Shown piece after piece: positions 56,454-64,000 of a DNA stretch of 64,000 nt. The notes beneath the pieces were generated by a model, which saw only the letters and a list, made by a program, of their open reading frames with translations, ran no database searches and had not been told where the DNA came from. How positions within the stretch are numbered: position 1 is the stretch's first letter; each line of letters begins with the position of its first letter. The stretch comes from an uncultured Bacteroidales bacterium (lineage in GTDB: Bacteria > Bacteroidota > Bacteroidia > Bacteroidales > VadinHA17): contig CAWHSH010000002.1 of the NCBI GenBank assembly GCA_963831935.1, forward strand, positions 10,307-74,306, in the 5' to 3' direction. The translations under genes were made by a program, and so were the position numbers.

Positions 56454-59400
56454 TTAGAAATTAATGCTTAAGCCCAGCGTATATGTTCTTGCCTGCGGAG
56501 CAGTGTTCCTGTCAATCCCCGGAGTCAGGTTCGCATCACCATTGGTGGATACTTCCGGGTCAGATCCTTTATACTTTGTGAACACATAGCCATTAAATAC
56601 CTGTGCATAAAGCCTTATGCTCTCAATATTGGTTATTGCTGGAAGCTTCCTGAATGAGTAGCCAAGTGATACATTTCTGACTTTGACATAACCACCCTTT
56701 TCAATATTTTCAGAGATCGGGAATGACGATCCGTTGGAGATGTTATCATTCATAACGGGTTTGGGAATATTGGTAATATCTCCAGGTTGCTCCCATGCTG
56801 TTTCATAGACTTCAACAGAATTGTTCCACCACCTCTGGTCTCTCAGACCTGCTTTTGAACCGTTGTAGATGTCGAAACCAAAAGCGTATGTGAGGTTAAG
56901 TGAGAAATCTATATTTTTGAAAGCCAGGGTATTGTCAAATCCTCCGTAGTATTTTGGCAGAGGAGATCCCATTACCTTGGCATCGGCAGCCGTAGTTATA
57001 GCAGGTGCAACTCCTGATCCATCCCTGTATTGCCATCTGGTAGCAGAGGAATTCTCATGATAGTAAAGTACTTCCTTACCGGCTTTTCTAACATATATCC
57101 TTCTTCCTGTTTCAGGATCAACACCTCTGGTTTCAACGGCAAGAATATTACCAATTGGTTTTCCTATAATCGTTTTACTGGTTGTCTCAAGTCCGCCTGT
57201 TACACCCAGTAATTCCGTAACACCGGGAGCAAGAGCTGTAACCTCATTTTTCAGAGTACTGAAATTAAGGGTTGTTGTCCATGAGAAATTGGGCTTGGCT
57301 ATGTTGAAACTTGTAAGTGTTATTTCAAGCCCTTTGTTGAACATTGAACCAACGTTAGCCGAGATCGAGTTTCCGGGAATACCTTTTGACGGTGACTGCG
57401 GTACTCCAAGAACCAGTCCGTTAATATCATTATAGAAATAGTTGATCTCAGCCTGGATTTTATCCTTCAGCAGACCGAAACTAAGGCCAAAATCATACTT
57501 GTCGCTGGTTTCCCACTTGTAAATCAGCATTTCCGGCCTGGGTGAAGTTGAGTGTCGGAACAGCTCCATAAACACCGGCTCCGTATAGGAATAATGAGCT
57601 GAAATCACCAACAGCTGAAATATTACCAACGCGGCCAAAGCTTGCCTTCAAGACGGATATCAGAAAATATTGATCCGATGGCGTTGTTAATAAATTCTTC
57701 ATTTGATGCGTTCCACATTACTGAAGCACCGCCAAATGTTCCGAATTTATTTCCTTTAGCCAGTCCTGAAAATCCGTCACGGCGGACGCTTCCTTCAACA
57801 TAATATTTCTTGTTATAGTTGAAGCTTGCACGGCCAAAGTAAGAGATGAAATAATTTTCACCTATTCCACCGCCGCCCATACCGGCTGTAACCCATGCAC
57901 CCTGATACACTTTAAAGAACGGATCAGTAACATTGGTTTTACTCCCTGACCACCATGAATCTGTAGAGCGCTGCTCTTCAATACCTGCCAGAAGTCCGAT
58001 ATTGTATTTTTCCTTTAAGGTTACATTATAATTGGCAGTATTTGTCCAGGTCCATCTGCGGAATTTCTCATTACTGAAGCACCTGCCGCACCATTCGAAC
58101 CGTATCCGTCGCCGGTAATCGGAGTTTGGAAATATGTCTGTTCAGATGTCAGGTTATCCATACCAAAGGCTGTCTTAAGTACTAAACCTTTAACCGGTTC
58201 AATGCTTGCATAAACATTTGCTAATAGCCTGTCTGTTTCCGTGGTATATTTACAAAGATCCATAATCGCCACCGGGTTATAATAACCAAGTGCAGGAAAT
58301 GGTTCACCCATTCTTCCGATTGCTGATCCTTCAATATTATAATCACCACTTCCGTCATTCTTATAGGGAGCAAGAATAGGAGGCAATACAAATGCAAGAC
58401 GTGCTGCACCTGCTGTTGCAAATGATGCACCGGTATTAGGTGCTTCATTGTGACCGTTTGTATAACCTATATTTGCACCCAGCGAGATATACTTGTTTAA
58501 TTTATGATCGAGATTTAATCTGGCATTTTTTCTTGTATAGGTGTTCTTCTTGATTATCCCATTCTGGTCAGTATAACCGACTGATAAAAAGTAACTGGTT
58601 GTTGGAGTTGAACCTGAAAATGGATATTGCATGATTATGCTGCAATCCTTTCTGATAAACCTGGTCAGCCCAGTTTGTATTAATAGGTTTGCCATTTGAA
58701 TCATTAAGCTGGGTAATCCGGGTGGCCGAACCGGCAGTTTTCCCATGCTTTGTTTTTATGCGCAATATACTGTGTGGCATTCATCATGTCAAATAAATGA
58801 TAAGCTTCTGTCATCCCAACATATCCGTCATAGGTCACTTTGGTTCTTGCACCTGATCCGCGTTTGGTTGTTATAAGGATTACACCGTTTGCAGCACGGG
58901 AACCATAAAGTGCAGTTGCAGAGGCATCCTTAAGAATATCCATTGAAGCAATATCCGCAGGATTTATATCTGCAAGTGCATTGGTAGAAGCATTTCCTCC
59001 CCAGTTACCGGTTGCGATCGGTACACCGTCAACAACTACGAGCGGGTAAGAACTTCCGGAAATTGAGTTAAATCCTCTGATACGGATAACCGGAGGATTA
59101 TTAAGGACACCATTTGGTAAAGTAATAGTTAACACCGGCGGCTTTTCCCTGAAGTGCCTGATCAAAGCTTTGTACCGGAACACTTTTTATTGCATCTCCT
59201 TTTACCGATGAAACAGATCCGGTAATATCGCGTTTTTGCTGTGTTCCGTAAGCAACAACCACAACTTCCTCAACGTTAAAGATGTCCTGCTGAAGAACAG
59301 CATCGATCCTGGTCTTGCCGGCAATCGGTACTTCAATGGTCCTGAAACCGACGAAACTGAATGTCAGGGCCTGCGCATTTGCGGGAGCAGAAAGGGCATA

Positions 59401-59577
59401 CCTCCCATTTGTATCCGTAATTGCTCCAATGGTAGTTCCCTTAACTGTAACATTTACTCCGGGTAAAGCCAGTCCGTCTTCTGAACTGGTAACAGTACCC
59501 GTAATTTGCACTGTCTGGCTCATAACAAGAGACCCTGTTATAAGAAACAGTGTAAAAATCATTAGGATTTTTTTCAT
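56454..59577 (-). CDS. SusC/RagA TonB-dependent transporter; multiple frameshifts
   Basis: EEVVVVAYG, IRIRG, PLVVVDG, ILKDASATALYGSRAANGVILITTKRG, SYFGR, KWE, C-terminal LSINF. Confidence 0.93.
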
Positions 59578-59820
59578 AAATACTCAGGTTTAGGTTAAAA
59601 AATGGGTGACTAATATATTCAATAAATTCCAATGATAATAGTCATACTTAATATTTTTTAACATTTAATTTGATTTTCTCTGAGATAAAAGAGTGACAGA
59701 GCAATGAAATATAGCTTATATGGAGTTGTTCAAGGAACACAGAACCAGCCCCTGAAAATCCGTTTGCTTAAAATAAAGGATTTTCGGTTACATCTGGGAG
59801 AATCAGGATTTTGCAAAGTG

Positions 59821-61478
59821 TTAATACGTTTCTCTGTTCTTTATAAGGATATCTTCTTCCTCTTTTGCTGAATTCAGCTCGATTATCTGTCCTTTATTCA
59901 GGATATCCTGAACAAATTCTTTGTCAGCGAGACCTGTTGCATTGATTTTAACATTCAGAAATGCTCCCCTTATACATGATCTCAGTGCTAATGCGCCGAC
60001 TGCTGCGTCGGTAACTGAATTCGGATTTCCCTTTTCGACCATTTCGCTGATGAGCCCGAATGCGGAAAAAGCTGTTTCCATTACCCTGAAGGGGACCAGT
60101 ATGGCATTTCTGGTTGCTTCCTGTATGGCTGATTTTCTTATTTTGCTTTCCTCCGCGGGTCTTATTGTTTAGCCTGAAAGCATCGAGTATTTTGTTGAAT
60201 GCGACAGTATCCTCGTCAACAAGCTGCAAGAGCTTATTTTGTATAGTCTTTCCTTTTTCTGCCCAGTCGGAGAATTCTTTCCACCTGTCATCCCATCCGC
60301 GTTTATGGCTCGAAAGGTTAGCAACCATTGTCCCAAGTGCCGCTCCCAGAGCACCAATGTATGCCGAAACCGAGCCTCCTCCGGGAGCCGGAGATTCTGA
60401 AGCGGTTTCATTCACGAACGATTTCAGGCTAATGTCTGCCAGCTTTGGATTACTTTTTTCTTCCATGACAAATTCAATTATTTTTTCTCCAGGAATGAAT
60501 TGATGAATATCATTAAGTCCCATCGACTTAACTGCTATTTTAATAAGCTCTTCATCCGATACGCCGGTTGAACGTTGTTGCTTTTCAAGAAAATACCGGC
60601 CGGCATCCAGTATTGCCTTAAGCGGAATCAGTCCTACAAGTTCCGATCCTGTCACCCTTACTCCCCTTGCATCCGCCTTCCTGCAGACCTCATCAAAAGC
60701 AATGTGAACCGGGGTAACTGAGATGTTTGTCAGGTTCATGGAGATCTGGGCTATGCCGTATTCCTTTATATACCATCCGATTGCTTTAACACTTTTAAGT
60801 GTACCTGGTACACTTATAGTCTCTCCTCTCCTCATTTTTTGTACAGTTCTGCCTTTTTCCCGTACATCAAAGGCAATAGCGTTAGCCCGTCGTAATCGAG
60901 GTTGTGTTCAGGTTTACATTGAAAGCCACAAGGAAATCCCTTGCTCCAACTGCAGTTGCACCGGACCTCTCGTTGAAAACTGCGGGCCCGAAATCAGGTT
61001 TCCATTCCGGATCAGCCAGTTTTTTCCTTAATCCTTCATATTCACCAGCCCTGCAATCCGCGAGATTTCTTCTCTTCTCGCTGAAAGCAGCATTTTCATA
61101 GCAATAAACCGGTATTTTAAGTTCCTCTCCTATTCTTCTGGCAAGGCTGCGGGCATATTCAGCAGTTTCCTCCATCGATATTCCCGAAACCGGAACAAAA
61201 GGACATACATCGGTGGCTCCCATCCTTGGGTGTGCCCCATGATGCTTTGACATATCAATCAGTTCAGCTGCTTTTCTTACGGCAACGAAAGCTGCCTGAG
61301 ATACTTCTTCAGGACTTCCGACAAAGGTTACAACAGTACGGTTAGTGTCTTTCCCCGGATCAACATTCAGCAGTTTGACTCCGTCAACCGATTCGATGGA
61401 ATCTGTAATTTGCTTAATTATTCCCATGTCCCTGCCTTCGCTGAAATTTGGAACGCATTCAATTATCCGTTTCTCCAT
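59821..61478 (-). CDS. ftcD: Bifunctional glutamate formiminotransferase / formiminotetrahydrofolate cyclodeaminase; frameshifts
   Basis: IECVPNFSEGR, NRTVVT, HPRMGATDVCPF, AQISMNL, SPAPGGGSVSA, GNPNSVTDA. Confidence 0.92.
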
Positions 61479-61514
61479 AAAAAATCTCTTAATGTTAAAT
61501 CTACTGCCAATTCT

Positions 61515-61587
61515 TTCACCCCCCTGCCCCCTAAAGGGGGTTCAATTCGGGTAGCAAAATAGCCCCCCTTTAGGGGGGTTGGGGGGC
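61515..61587. repeat. CCCCCT-AA-GGGGG doublet, reverse orientation relative to the 3.6 kb copy
   Basis: ttcacccccctgccccctaaaggggg ... agcccccctttaggggggttggggggc, abutting the hutI stop. Confidence 0.85.
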
Positions 61588-62839
61588 TTAAATCACTTTT
61601 CCTTTTAGTATAACTTTATCAATCAGGTTACTTCCAAATGCATACGGAAAATAACTGTATGAAGGCATTTCCTTTGTAATAAACACATTGGCCACTTTAC
61701 CTTTTGCAATTGATCCATGCGTTTCAGAGATTCCCATTGCATATGCCGAATTAATTGTAGTTGCATTGATTGCCTCTTCGGGCATCAACTTCAGCTTTAT
61801 ACAAGCCAGCGACATAATTAGCTTCATGTTTCCTGACGGTGATGAACCCGGATTATAATCGGAAGCCAGGGCGACAGGAAGACCTGCATCTATCATTCTC
61901 CGGGCCGGAGGATCAGGCAAACCCAGGAAGAATGCAGATCCCGGTAACAGGGTCGGCATGGTTTCAGAATTCAAGAAGTTCACTGATTTCTTCATCACCT
62001 GCACGCTCAAGATGGTCCACCGACAATGCGTTATACTTGACTCCAACCTGAACACCTCCGGAATTGCCAAGTTCATTCGCATGCAATTTTGGAATAAGGC
62101 CATACTTTATTCCCGCCATAAGTATCTGCTCTGTTTCAAGGGTAGTAAAAAAACCATTGTCGCAAAAAACATCAATATAATCGGCAAGGTCTTCACTTGC
62201 AACAAGCGGGATCATTTCATTGATGATCAATTCAATATACTTTTCCCGGTCATACCTGAATTCTTCAGGAACCGCATGGGCACCAAGAAATGTGGATTTT
62301 ATCTCGAGTAATGTATTCTCTTTTATCCTCCGGATTACCCTTAGCATCTTAAGTTCATCTTCCGTATTAAGTCCGTATCCGCTTTTAATCTCAAGGGCAC
62401 CTGTCCCCAACCTGATGATTTCATTGATCCTGGTCATTGATTGGTTGAACAGATCATCCTCTGATGTTTCGTGAAGTCTTTTTGCTGAATTTAGTATTCC
62501 CCCTCCCCTCCGGGCAATGTCTTCGTATGAAACACCTTTTATCTTATCCACGAATTCCTGTTCCCGGCTCCCGGAAAATACGGCATGTGTATGTGAATCG
62601 CAGAAGGATGGAAAGACAAACTTTCCTGAGGCATCAATCACTTCGGGAGAATCGGGTAGTTCTGAAATGTTCCGGGATAACTCCTTCATCTTTCCGAAAT
62701 CGACTATGCATTCATTATCTATTAATACGTAAGCATCTGATATTGTGGTGAGTATCGCCATATCTTTACCACAGACCCTGTGCCTTGGAGCCTTTTCTGT
62801 CTGGATAAGTTCTTTAATATTTTTGATAAGCAACCTCAT
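61588..62839 (-). CDS. hutI: Imidazolonepropionase; frameshift near 61975
   Basis: DSHTH, GGGILNS, EIKSGYGL, FLGAH, DVFCD, KLHANE, SVDHLE, SDYNPGSSP. Confidence 0.95.
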
Positions 62840-62945
62840 AATTATCTGGTCGTAAAAACGGCAGTGTAAGGTAGCAATTATTGCAAAAACTATAAATGAT
62901 ATCCATTTTTCTTTATCTTTAGCGCTGTTAACCAAACCTATAACC

Positions 62946-63111
62946 TATGAAATATCCATGATTAAAAAGTAAAATTACAGACCGAAATTTATTTATTTAT
63001 CTCGCTTACCCCGCAGCGAGCAGCGGGGAATGCGCTCGCTGGGATAATTCCATCTGACCATTAAAAAACAAAATTATAAACAGATGAAAAAGACGTTCAC
63101 ATTTATTTTTG
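62946..63111 (+). repeat. Second copy of the 17.1 kb leader, interrupted by a palindromic insertion
   Basis: tatgaaatatccatgattaaaaagtaaaattacagaccgaaat ... ggataattccatctgaccattaaaaaacaaaattataaacagATGaaaaa. Confidence 0.85.
63001..63041. mobile_element. Small GC-rich palindromic insertion (CTCGC..CCCCGC/GCGGGG..CTCGC)
   Basis: ctcgcttaccccgcagcgagcagcggggaatgcgctcgctg is absent from the homologous 17.1 kb copy. Confidence 0.65.
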
Positions 63112-64000
63112 CATTTATATTTATTTTATCTGTACCAGGGCAGGAGAATAAGGTTAAAACCGGCTGGAAATTTGGTGGGGCGCTTCCTGCTGTTTCGTAC
63201 GACTCAAACCTTGGATTTCAGTACGGAGCTTTATGTGACTTCTTTAATTATGGAGATCCAAGTATATATCCCAAATATTACGATCACACTTACACTGAAG
63301 TATCGCGTTATACAAAAGGAAGCGGTATTTACAGGTTCATGTATGAATCAAACCACCTCATTCCGGGAGTGGAACTTATAAGTGATATCAGCTATCTTCC
63401 CGACCTGGCCAACCACTTTTACGGATTTAATGGCTATGAATCGGTTTTTAACAAGGACTGGATGGATGATGAATCTGCCGACTACAAGTCCAGGATGTTT
63501 TATCGCTATGAAAGGGACCAGTTCAGATTCAAAAACGATTTCATAGGAAAGTTATCGGGAGATCATTTAAAATGGAGTGCAGGTTTTGCATTTCAGAATT
63601 TTAAGGTCAGGTCGGTAAATATTGATAAATTAAACAAAGGCAAAAAGGATAATCTGATTCCCTCCCTTACGGAAGTGCCGGGACTTTTTGAACTTTATCG
63701 TGATTCACTCGGACTAATTTCAGAAAATGAAGCTAATGGCGGTTGGGTTAATACTGTAAAGGCAGCTTTAGTTTGGGACAGCCGGGATAACAGGCCTAAT
63801 CCAATGAAAGGCCTTTGGACCGAGCTGGGAATTGAAGTGTCTCCAAAATTTCTGGGAAATGACTGGGGATTCTCAAAATTCTATATCACTCACAGACAAT
63901 ACTTTACGCTTGTTGAAAATATTCTGTCTTTTGTTTACCGTCTTGGATATCAGACAACTATATCAGGAAAGGTTCCTTTCTTTTATCAATCGCAGGTGAT
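63084..64000 (+). CDS. Omp85/BamA-TamA-family outer-membrane protein, runs off the window (not in the ORF track)
   Basis: MKKTFTFIFAFIFILSVPGQENKVKTGWKFGGALPAVSYDSNLGFQYG..FYGFNG..WDSRDNRPNPMKG..HRQYF, open to the window end. Confidence 0.75.
   Translation, partial: MKKTFTFIFAFIFILSVPGQENKVKTGWKFGGALPAVSYDSNLGFQYGALCDFFNYGDPSIYPKYYDHTYTEVSRYTKGSGIYRFMYESNHLIPGVELISDISYLPDLANHFYGFNGYESVFNKDWMDDESADYKSRMFYRYERDQFRFKNDFIGKLSGDHLKWSAGFAFQNFKVRSVNIDKLNKGKKDNLIPSLTEVPGLFELYRDSLGLISENEANGGWVNTVKAALVWDSRDNRPNPMKGLWTELGIEVSPKFLGNDWGFSKFYITHRQYFTLVENILSFVYRLGYQTTISGKVPFFYQSQV

Noticed and set aside
1586-62839. Programmed frameshifting, phase variation or stop-codon recoding as the cause of split genes
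   Set aside because: Breaks lack common slippery or repeat motifs, hit essential genes, and those inspected are repaired by single-base indels; no in-frame TGA/TAG readthrough is needed

Overview
Chromosomal segment of an anaerobic Bacteroidota (Bacteroidales-like) bacterium, judged from the SusC/SusD pair, TAnnTTTG promoters and the nusB-DUF1573-yajC-ybbR-coaE gene order. Gene content suggests a peptide/amino-acid fermenter: several peptidases, hutI-ftcD, arcC plus catabolic-type OTC, agmatinase, gltD, a three-gene PntAB transhydrogenase and a heterotetrameric Hnd/Hyd-type [FeFe]-hydrogenase behind tandem Rex-like boxes. About half of the genes, including normally essential ones (purC, ftsK, lolA), are broken by single-base indels, mostly +1 insertions, which I read as long-read sequencing error, so coordinates of split genes are reconstructed. 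I see no rRNA, tRNA, CRISPR array, transposase, integrase or phage gene. The most unusual signals are: (1) a ~105-bp hairpin-containing leader present twice, upstream of unrelated genes 46 kb apart, one copy carrying an inserted palindrome (a filled/empty site pair); (2) at least four families of small palindromic intergenic elements, often nested and often abutting stop codons, with no cognate mobiliser in the window; (3) an ECF sigma / anti-sigma-TonB_C / vWA module in which both partner proteins carry SusC-type N-terminal domains with TonB-box-like motifs; (4) a hydrogenase small subunit that has lost its Fe-S cysteines.
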